A stretch of DNA of 64,000 nucleotides from Phoronis australis. Its lineage: Eukaryota > Animalia > Phoronida. The stretch lies in NCBI GenBank assembly GCA_002633005.1, contig NMRA01000563.1, forward strand, positions 186,001-250,000, given 5' to 3'. The translations under genes and the position numbers were made by a program. Shown here piece after piece: positions 54,597 to 64,000 of the stretch; within the stretch, counting starts at the first letter, position 1; each line of letters starts with the position of its first letter. Below the pieces are notes generated by a model. The model saw only the letters and a program-made list of their open reading frames with translations. It did no database searches and was not told where the DNA came from.

Positions 54597-55423
54597 NNNN
54601 NNNNNNNNNNNNNNNNNNNNNNNNNNNNNNNNNNNNNNNNNNNNNNNNNNNNNNNNNNNNNNNNNNNNNNNNNNNNNNNNNNNNNNNNNNNNNNNNNNNN
54701 NNNNNNNNNNNNNNNNNNNNNNNNNNNNNNNNNNNNNNNNNNNNNNNNNNNNNNNNNNNNNNNNNNNNNNNNNNNNNNNNNNNNNNNNNNNNNNNNNNNN
54801 NNNNNNNNNNNNNNNNNNNNNNNNNNNNNNNNNNNNNNNNNNNNNNNNNNNNNNNNNNNNNNNNNNNNNNNNNNNNNNNNNNNNNNNNNNNNNNNNNNNN
54901 NNNNNNNNNNNNNNNNNNNNNNNNNNNNNNNNNNNNNNNNNNNNNNNNNNNNNNNNNNNNNNNNNNNNNNNNNNNNNNNNNNNNNNNNNNNNNNNNNNNN
55001 NNNNNNNNNNNNNNNNNNNNNNNNNNNNNNNNNNNNNNNNNNNNNNNNNNNNNNNNNNNNNNNNNNNNNNNNNNNNNNNNNNNNNNNNNNNNNNNNNNNN
55101 NNNNNNNNNNNNNNNNNNNNNNNNNNNNNNNNNNNNNNNNNNNNNNNNNNNNNNNNNNNNNNNNNNNNNNNNNNNNNNNNNNNNNNNNNNNNNNNNNNNN
55201 NNNNNNNNNNNNNNNNNNNNNNNNNNNNNNNNNNNNNNNNNNNNNNNNNNNNNNNNNNNNNNNNNNNNNNNNNNNNNNNNNNNNNNNNNNNNNNNNNNNN
55301 NNNNNNNNNNNNNNNNNNNNNNNNNNNNNNNNNNNNNNNNNNNNNNNNNNNNNNNNNNNNNNNNNNNNNNNNNNNNNNNNNNNNNNNNNNNNNNNNNNNN
55401 NNNNNNNNNNNNNNNNNNNNNNN
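54597..55423. other. Assembly gap (827 N)
   Basis: Run of N. Confidence 1.
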
Positions 55424-56010
55424 TGGCAAATGAACTCTGGTGACACACACGCGCTCGCTTACTCACAAATGCAGACGAACTTCAAAACAAACGTCACGTG
55501 ACAACAACATGTGTGTTCGTCCAGACATTTTTCTCGCCGTGTTGCCGATCATACATGTAGATGGCATGATGTTGCACAGATTTGTACTTAAACCTGTCTT
55601 TAATCCAGACTCCACGGGAACTTAAAAAAAAATCTTAGAGACGTTAGAAAACTAATGAAGATTTCAGGTAATTTGCTTGAGTCGAAACTATTTTTATTCA
55701 AGCATTGAAGTCGCCATATCGAAGACGGCGATTTCGAGGCAGTCAGTCGGCGAGTTTTCGCCCTGGGATTTCAGCACAATTTTCTGTAAAATGATCGTAA
55801 TTAAGTAGCAAAGTTTGATAGCAATGCACCACAGTTTTGTTGAAAGTCTTTCATAAATTACAGATACATCACAGAGCGTAAATTTGATGAATCTTAGCTT
55901 CCGATTTCACCCGTTTCGGAGACCGGGTTTCAACCGCCTTGTGTTATAATAAGCGCCCCCCTGAACCGAACTTTTCTAAGCGCCCTGGGTGGTTATTACG
56001 GCGAATACGG
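55424..56010 (-). mobile_element. Third copy (one end visible, rest lost in the gap) of the pogo-like element
   Basis: Reverse complement of about 62096-62670. Ends GGGTGGTTATTACGGCGAATACGG followed by TA. Confidence 0.82.
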
Positions 56011-56699
56011 TACTTGGTACATAAGATTTCGAATTAAATTGCCTTTTGAGATACGAACTTTAAGCAGAGTGTTGGCTCAATCACATAAATGCACAACTGT
56101 AAGCAATGCATGGGTTACAGAATGGCTGAATATCATTAAAATGTTGAAGACAAAACAAGACATAGAGATTTTCAGCAGGTCGCACAGGAAAGCACCTCTC
56201 AGTGAATTTAAGAAATCAGCTATCACTGATCGCGCAAGATAAAGCAATCGTGTGACTGACGGGAAAAATGCAAAAATAATTGCAAGAGAAAGTGACACTA
56301 GAAAAAGAAAAATAAGGAAATCCATCTGCATTAGAAAACAATCCAATATCCTGAACAGAGACGATGGCGCATTTGAACTTTCGTGCGTTTATGACGTCAT
56401 CTTGACCCTCACTACGTCACATGGTCACACTGAGGAAGGAAGCAGTCAACATCGACTTTTGAAAACTTCTGCCATTTAATGGTTGAATTTCCTGGATTTT
56501 AGAAGAAATTTCTACTGTAATACATGGGTAAATTTCCACAACAGACCCTGGGCCTGCTTAAGGCGATGCACGATCTTATTGACTTGTCAGTGTATTAAGC
56601 CAAATATCTACACAACTTTGGAGGAGCATGATGCATAATAATGAGCCTTTGGATAAAGCATGTTTTTAAATCTATTGTATTTTATCCTCTATAAAAGTT

Positions 56700-56734
<35 letters not shown>

Positions 56735-56735
56735 C

Positions 56736-58273
56736 AACAAGAGCAACGCGAAGCGTTGAAATGCACCCACGAATGCATTGCAAATGGTGTGCTTTTAGGG
56801 TTGTTTATTTGTGTCATAAAAATGGCCACTAAATGGCGCAAAAACATACAATCCATCCAAAAAGGGGAACATGTCATTGCTTCTTAAATAGAAAGCTATA
56901 CACAAAATTTCATAGAAATCCATCATGGAACTTAGAGAAACAAAATAAAAATGAAAACAGAATAAAATGAAATTGGCACTAGGGGACACACTGTTCATTG
57001 GATCCGCCTGTAAGTCGTCATTGTCTGTTGTTAGCTTCATATAAAAACACTTAGTCTAACAAATTAATTTTAATAAAGATCCTGCAGTGAGTTTAGGAGA
57101 TACAGATGCCTGTATTAAAAATTTTATGAAAATCCGTTGAGGACCTTTGAAGATACAGAGGTAAACATAAAACTAAAATTGCCACCAGGGGGCACAACAG
57201 TTGTCAGATCCATCTGAAAATCGTCATAGTCCGTTGTCAACATCATACATTTAGTAAAGATCGTACAAACGGTTTAGGAGATATAGCCATGGGCACAAAA
57301 AAACCAAACTGCCACTAGGAGGTGCCACAGTAGTCGAGTCATCAGAAAATCATCGTCACCCGTTCACTTCATAGTAAAAACATACATGCCAATTTTCACA
57401 ATTATCCTGAAAGCGGTTTGGTTGATAGAGGGGTGGACGCCATAAAACAGACTCAAAAACAGTAAAAATGGCCACCAAGTGGCGCAAACTAGGTTGAATC
57501 CATCTAAAAATGGAAATATAACGTCACCTCACTAACAAAAGCCTATACACCAAATTTTATGAAAATACATCGAGGACCTTTGAAGATACAGAGGTAAACA
57601 TAAAAAAATAAAATTGCCACTAGGTGGCACACCAGTAATCAGATCTGTACGAAAGTTGTTGTTGTCTGTTGTCATCATCATATAAATGCACTTACTAAAT
57701 ATAGTAAAGATCCTGCAAATGGTTAAGGAGATATAGCAAGACGCAAAAAAAAAACTGCCAGTAGGAGGCACCACAGTAGTCGAAGCCATCGGAAAATCAT
57801 CGTCAACCGTTCTCTTTATAGTAAGAACATACATGCCAATTTTCACAATCATGCTTCAAGCGGTTTGGTAGATAGAGGGGTGGATGCCAAAAAACAGACG
57901 TGAAAACAGTAAAAATGGCCACAAGGTAGCGCAAACTATGTCGAATCTATCTGAAAACGGGAGAATAACATCGTCTCACTAATAGATGCTTATACACCAA
58001 ATTTTGTGAAAATATGTTGAGGACCTTTGAAGATACTGAGGTAAACGTAAAAAACTAAAATTGCTACTAGGGGGCACACCGGTAGTCGGATCCGTCCGAA
58101 AGTTCGCTCATGCTGTCCCATCCATAAAAGGAACACATGTGCAAAACTTCATGAACATACGTCAATCGGTTTTGGAGATAGAGCAGCGGACACCGGACGG
58201 ACGCCGGACGGACGCCGGACGGACAGAGATGACGGCATAATGCATCCACATATAAATATGTGGGTGCATCATA
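56736..58273. mobile_element. Helentron/HINE (DINE-1-like) non-autonomous element with internal tandem units of about 440 bp
   Basis: Starts AACAAGAG plus a small hairpin (CAACGCGAAGCGTTG). Units recur at about 57140, 57572 and 58020. Has a (GGAC)n tract at 58187-58224 and a terminal stem-loop at 58240-58269. Sits in an (AAT)n tract. Confidence 0.7.
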
Positions 58274-58969
58274 ATAATAATAATTATTATTATTTTCTGA
58301 AAGAAGAAACCCTGTAGAATTTAATTTTTGACTTTACAGCCATATAATTTTAATTGGATCACACGGCCAAAATTCAGCAAAAAATAAAGGTACATTAATA
58401 GCAAAGTGACAAAAAGGTGACCCAGTTTTGTTTGACATAAATGTATCAGATGAAATCTCAAAAATGCCGATACAATTTTCTAAATTATTATTACTACAAT
58501 CAATGCATCCACAATCAGATGCATTTGACTGCTTTAGCTATGATTTGAGGTACGACCTTCAGTAAAATGGCTCCGAGGATCTTCATTCGTGTTTAATGCC
58601 ACAGAGGGCACTAAATGATACAAAGCTATGAAAGCACTGACCTTATGCAATAACTTGGCAATTCCCATTTTTTCCTGATAATAGTCACTTACAGGGGTCC
58701 CAAGTTTTGAGAACCAGTTTTCTCAATTGAAAAACAGGTACCAAACTGGTTCCCAAAATGCCAGTGTAAGTGACTTTTGCCGTAATCCGTCAGTGAAAGG
58801 AAGAAGATTTTGTCCAACGACAGCGACTTTAGTGCAAATTTCCAAGAGCTGATGAACATGTGAACTCTGTTCACTCAAGAAGCTTCATCAAATGCTGGTT
58901 CATACACATGCAGTCAACATCGGCCCTTAAGAGTCATTTTACAACAATACCAATTATTGTGTAACTTAC

Positions 58970-59038
58970 AACTTGGACTGTTCCCTTCTTGGGGACATGA
59001 TAGCCTCGCTTGCCTCGACCAGACAGATTGATGTGTCC
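58970..59038 (-). CDS. ATOSA: Atos homolog, coding exon
   Basis: Boundaries tttacag / gtaagt. 23 codons: GHINLSGRGKRGYHVPKKGTVQV (compare FAM214 GKRGYRVPPSGTIQV). Phase 0 at both ends. Confidence 0.93.
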
Positions 59039-60009
59039 CTGTAAATAACAAAAATTTGTTCAACAACCCCCTTGATATGTGCAAGGTCAACAGTTACAAT
59101 TCAAAGTCTCATTATGACATCACACATGTAATCAAGGCATAAGCCTTACATTCTCCCACAACAATTAACATAACAACAGATCAGATTAACACTGACTCTG
59201 GACAGCGCTTTCCCGGTTCAGTGACTTTAACAGACATAGAGGGTTGTGAGCGTATGATAACATCTAGCTCCTTTGTTAACTGCCAAGCACCGTCTTTTGT
59301 CTGGTATGACAACACGCAGGCCAATTACCTACCAGGCTTATTACAGATCACCTGTGGGCACAGTCAAACCCAGAGCGAATTGGTACATTCGGAAAGAATA
59401 GATTGTCGTAACGTCAGTTGCAGTTGGGCGATTTTAAAGAATCAAAAACTAAACATGATCACCATTTGACGAGGATTTCAGAAATGTTATTGGTTTATGT
59501 TCAAATACATTATAACTTAACTCTTATTTTTAATAGCACAGCCCAGTCAGGTTAGATACGATCTTATTGAAGATTAGAGCAATTATCGAACAAAAGAGCT
59601 GGCTCTTCAACCATAAATTCCAGAACGGGGTTCATCAGTCATGTAAGATATTGGCTACAGGGGTCATCTTCCCAACTTGTTGTTGGGCTATAGAGTCGAA
59701 CAAGTTGGGAGCAACAGGAAAACGCCGTAATGTAGAAACCCGTTAACTTTTGACCCATTTATGAATTCAGTATTATTGTGATTTAAGCTCATTTTATCAT
59801 GAATGTCATTAACTGTGCATGCATGTCACACCCTTATTATGGTGATATGTTAGTTAAGTATTTTGCAAAAGCTTAATGTTGTTTATTTCTGAACCAGCAG
59901 GATCCAAATCAACCAGCGACATTATGAATTTATGATTACATTAATGAAAAGTGACACCACCTGAATTCGATGGCTGCTTGCATTCCTCTCAATGAAACAG
60001 GTTTATGTG

Positions 60010-60740
60010 AGACAAGCATTTGTCACACAGTGACTAAAATTGTCTTAAGATGTACATTTTTTAGTCAAAATCCGAATGTCGTGTTGTGACCTTTAAAATG
60101 AGGTCAAGATCATCCAACTGGATTGGCATCACATAAACCTTAGAGCAAATAAATATGTAGCTTCCTTCCTGAGACGTCATGCCAAGTCACAATTCAATTT
60201 TCTTGCTGTGAGCCTCAAAACAAGGTTAAAATTGCCAAAGTAAACTGGGGACTGGTGATGTACATTTATGCACACAATATGAAAATATGGTGACAACAAC
60301 ACTTTCCAAGTTAAAATTTGATTTTCTTGCTATTGCTTTGAAAATAAGATCAAAACTAACAAAAAAATTCGACTGGCAACAGGAGATGCCCAACCTACTA
60401 CTTGGCTCGTAATATGAACAAAATGTAAAACTTTCCACTCAAGAAAAAGCATCAATGGAAGTTAAAACTTGCATGTTCTCATAGTGACCTTGAAATCTAA
60501 AGTTACCATCTTGAAATATCCACCAACAGCATTTTCAAAATAATTTTTTTCGAAATGACCTTGAAAATGTCAACGAGATCACCAAAATTGACTGACGCCA
60601 GGAGATGTCCTCCCGACACCATGGTAAGAAATAAGAACAAAATCTGAAACTAATTCTATAGTGTGACCTTCTCGTGTACATCTGTATGTATGGTCATGAA
60701 TACTTTATTCCCCATTTCGCACGCTGAAGGGGACAATCAT
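60010..60740. mobile_element. Degenerate HINE-like element of a different family
   Basis: ACAAG start with a small hairpin, recurring TGACCTT(G)AAA..AGGTCA motifs and a terminal CCCC..GGGG hairpin. Confidence 0.4.
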
Positions 60741-60983
60741 CATTTCTAAAGATTGTATTTCCTACCACCATTGACACTGGTATTATCCTTTACAGGCAGA
60801 TCTAAACGAAGGATGGTTTATACTTTCCAATGAATCGGAGCTTCCTCAGATGACTAATATTTTCATAATCAGTTCAGACATCTTCCCATTAGCCTGTACA
60901 ACATAATCAGCTTAGCCAGCCTCCCGTCAGCCTGTACAACTCTGTCACAGCATCTGTGAAGTACTAGAATTCCGAAAACTCAC

Positions 60984-61142
60984 CAGATAGGGCGAGGGTG
61001 CGTTGTCATCAGAGAGAGAGAAGAAGTATGTGGTAACAGGAAGTTGTACGTGCTTGGGACAGAATGATCCGCTGGCACCAATCTCTGCCGTAAACCCGTC
61101 CAACACTCCTGCTGGCTCAAGTCGGCCATTTAAGAGAGATTC
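60984..61142 (-). CDS. ATOSA: Atos homolog (FAM214A/B-like), coding exon, DUF4210 region
   Basis: Boundaries ttttctag / gtgagt. 53 codons: ESLLNGRLEPAGVLDGFTAEIGASGSFCPKHVQLPVTTYFFSLSDDNAPSPYL, matching the FAM214 motif DGFTAE(V/I)GASGxFCPxH...SDDNAPSPY. Upstream exons were not found in the window. Confidence 0.95.
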
Positions 61143-62095
61143 CTAGAAAATTCAATATGAATGAAATAAAGTGGGCATATACTACAATTACAGAGAAAGA
61201 AGTTCGCTGCCTCCTTATGAATAGGTAAATAACTTTTAGATAAGAGTACAGTGTTTTATGATCGACATATGTCCCAAATAATAGATAAATGATACGTGAG
61301 TCGCGAGCTCGTTACCAGAGATGAAAAGGAGTCCGAGGTAGGCGATATAAGGTCATTTATTATGACTAGTACAATTACAATAAAATGAATAGTTTTCTTG
61401 ATTTTGCATGACTACAAGAGTGGAGTACAATGACTCTTTCTGCAGCTATTTTGTGCAGTGCAAACTTGAGATTTATTCTTATTAAGTTGGCAGTATTTGA
61501 CAGTGACAGGTGCTTTAAACTACATCAAGGTAAACCATTGAATTAATTGTCAATTCACTATTCACTCATAATTTCTATGTGATAAATGCAATATTATGTT
61601 AAATTAATGTACTTGTGAGAATGTATGGGCTCTTAAGACCCTTTCACACTAATTTAACTTTGGCATAGGAGGAGCGTCGATGTAAACTGTGAAGTTAGTG
61701 GAGCTGCTCACACCAGCTTCAGTAGTTAACGACCTTGAAGGAAACCATAGGTGACGCTGTTGCCATTAAAGTAATCACAAGGTAGAGCTGATGCACAAAG
61801 TGATGTTCGAAGTAAACTGAAAAATGTTTTTCATCTCGTGCACATCAAGATTTTGTTTTAATGTACTAAGTTGAGAAAGTTTACGTGTGATATTTGACAA
61901 AAAATTATTTCTAATTTGACTAAGTGACTATTCCATCAAAAATGGCAAACACTAGCAACGACACTACCCATGTTAACCATAGCAACGACCCCTGGCGGTA
62001 ACTTTGAAGGGACCAAAATTGACCATTCGTAATGTGCCGCAGCGTTTACTGCAAAGTTAACTGGCACTGCTAACTTTGAACCAGGACTTGAATAA

Positions 62096-63610
62096 CCATA
62101 TTCACCCTAATAACCACCCAGGACGCTTAGAAAAGTTTGTTTCAAGGGGGGAAGCGCTTATAATTGTAACCCAAGGCCGTTGAAACCCGGTCTCCGAAAC
62201 GGGTGAAATCGGAAGCTAAAATTCATCATATTTACGCTCTGTGACATATCTGTAATCTATGAAAGACTTTCTACAATATCGTGGTGCATTGCTATCAAAC
62301 TTTGCTGCGATCATTTTACAGAAAATTGTGCTGAAATCCCAGGGCCGAAACTCGCCGACTGAGAGCCTCGCAATCTTTGATATGGCGACTTGAATGCTTG
62401 AATAAAAATACAGTTTCGACTCAACAAATTACCTGAAATCCTCCTTAAGTTTTCCAAATAGCGTCCCTAAGATTTTTTAAATTCCCGTGGAGTTGGGATT
62501 AATGGCAGGTTTAAATACAAATCTGTGCTACATCGTGCCATCTATGATCGGCAACATGAGAAAAATCTCTGGACGAACACACATGTTGCTGTCACGTGAC
62601 GTTTGTTTTAAACTTCGTCTGCGTTTGTGAGTAAGCGAGTGTGTGCATGTCACCAGAGTTCATTTGCCAGAGAAGAGACCGTCTTTTGGCCAGAGCCACG
62701 CAATCTAACGAGCTAGATGTGCATTGTATCTAAAGAAATTGGCACAAGCAGTAGGCCTAAAGCAGAATGTGTTTCATTCAGCACTTGCCGGTCTTGAGTT
62801 AAAAACTTTCGACATTTGTCTCAGTAAGGCCCACATTAGTTGCCGTGTGGCTGGATGTGTACGTGACTATCTGACAGTTATTTTTCGGTGTAAGGGTGTG
62901 TAAGCATTCACTGCCAGTGGTCATTTCGTTGGATATTTGGCTTAAAAACACCAATTATGACTAGTCAAACAATCCCTCCTAAAAATAACGCAAACATTTT
63001 TATAGTATTAGAAACTGTCGAAAATTAGTGCCAATAATCATTTCTTGCCGATGCTATGCTACCCGTTTCATGAATGGATAGTTCCCAACTAATGTCTTTG
63101 ATGACAGTTTCATGTATGTAGCGCGCGCTTCCTAGCCACGTCTTTTAACACTGTCCAAATTTTTTATTAGTCTTCGATTCGCGGTTTTCACATGTACAAA
63201 GAAATTTGGATTCCTATTGAAAGCGGGAAATATCTATAATACAATCCTGTTAACAAGTACACTATGTCTCTTCTGAAAGGCCAGACCATAGTGGGACACA
63301 TTCTTTGCAAGATCAGCAAAACTTTTGTGTTAATTTTGGAGCTCGGCGGCTGGAAGTTGGAAGTGTATAGTCATGGCTAAATAACGACATAGAGGCGAGG
63401 CTTGTGGTCTACAAATTCTGCGCACAATGATTTTTTCAGGACTATCGGATATTATTGATAAATTGAAGACGGTACTGTAGAATTTTAGGACTGCAGGTAA
63501 GGCATTTTTCGCACGTACACATTCACGGGCTGGGCGTTTATTTTAGCAAAGTCTGAAAACGCGTGAGGGAGCGCTTATAGGGGCATGGGGGGTTATTAGG
63601 GCGAACATGG
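62096..63610 (+). mobile_element. pogo/Tc1-type TIR element with HIRAN-like cargo (both ends present)
   Basis: Left end CCATATTCACCCTAATAACCACCC and right end GGGGGGTTATTAGGGCGAACATGG followed by TA. A sister copy ends GCGAATACGG-TA, giving a consensus TA-CCGTATT end typical of pogo-like elements. Confidence 0.8.
63171..63350 (+). pseudogene. HIRAN-like domain relic
   Basis: SSIRGFHMYKEIWIPIESGKYL*YNPVNKYTMSLLKGQTIVGHILCKISKTFVLILELGG. Motif order matches HIRAN (GxxxY; NxxDxxAxxV; VGHxP). One in-frame stop. Confidence 0.72.
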
Positions 63611-64000
63611 TAAGCCATTGATACTGACTGCAAGTCTTCACAACATCGACACGCCAATGTTAGTGTGAAAGGGCCTTTAGATTCAGTTGCAGTGTAGTAA
63701 AGGATTTTCAATCAACTGATCTGTATCACTTGACAACAGTATCTTATTCTCAGCACAGTTTTATTTTGTTCACTTTCCAGTAATGAGTTTTACTTTATAA
63801 TCATGTGATATCACAACAAATTAAGCTTCAAGAACATGTTTAATATTTTACATAACCAGGGGTAATCAAACTTAAGAAAGACTAATAAAAAATATTGTTG
63901 CAACAATTCAAGAAACCGAGAATACTAATCTAACAATATTTCTTACAACTAGGCAACCAAAGTTTTGGAATATCTCATAAATTTTATCTTAAGTTGATTC

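Larger units (their letters stand above)
61636..63676. mobile_element. PIF/Harbinger-type MITE hosting the pogo-like element
   Basis: TTA TSD at 61633-61635 and 63677-63679. 17-bp TIR AG(A/G)CCCTTTCACACTAA with 1 mismatch. About 525 bp once the nested element is removed. Confidence 0.8.

Noticed and set aside
54517-55501. ORFs of about 300 aa in all six frames
   Set aside because: Artefacts of translating through the N gap.

Overview
AT-rich eukaryotic (metazoan) genomic DNA with one 827-N assembly gap; the repeat content suggests a marine invertebrate, possibly a deuterostome, but that is a guess. Two convergent, intron-containing genes were reconstructed by hand. (1) The last two coding exons of a globin X-like globin on the + strand (13908-14133, 16878-17009), with introns at B12.2 and G7.0; its first exon was not found in the window. 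(2) The last four coding exons of an Atos/FAM214 homolog on the - strand (61142-60984, 59038-58970, 43580-43402, 43186-43030). Nearly all other ORFs in the supplied track look spurious. The rest is dense, often nested, DNA-transposon debris: three Kolobok-type elements with TTAA TSDs, four separate THAP zinc-finger relics, Harbinger- and ISL2EU-like elements, mini-elements with 5-bp TSDs, Helentron/HINE-like elements and several minisatellites. The most unusual signal is a pogo/Tc1-type TIR element, present in three copies in Atos introns, that carries a decayed HIRAN-like (3'-end DNA-binding) domain and no visible transposase. Its copies are inverted around two frame-symmetric Atos exons. All alignments and translations were done by eye.
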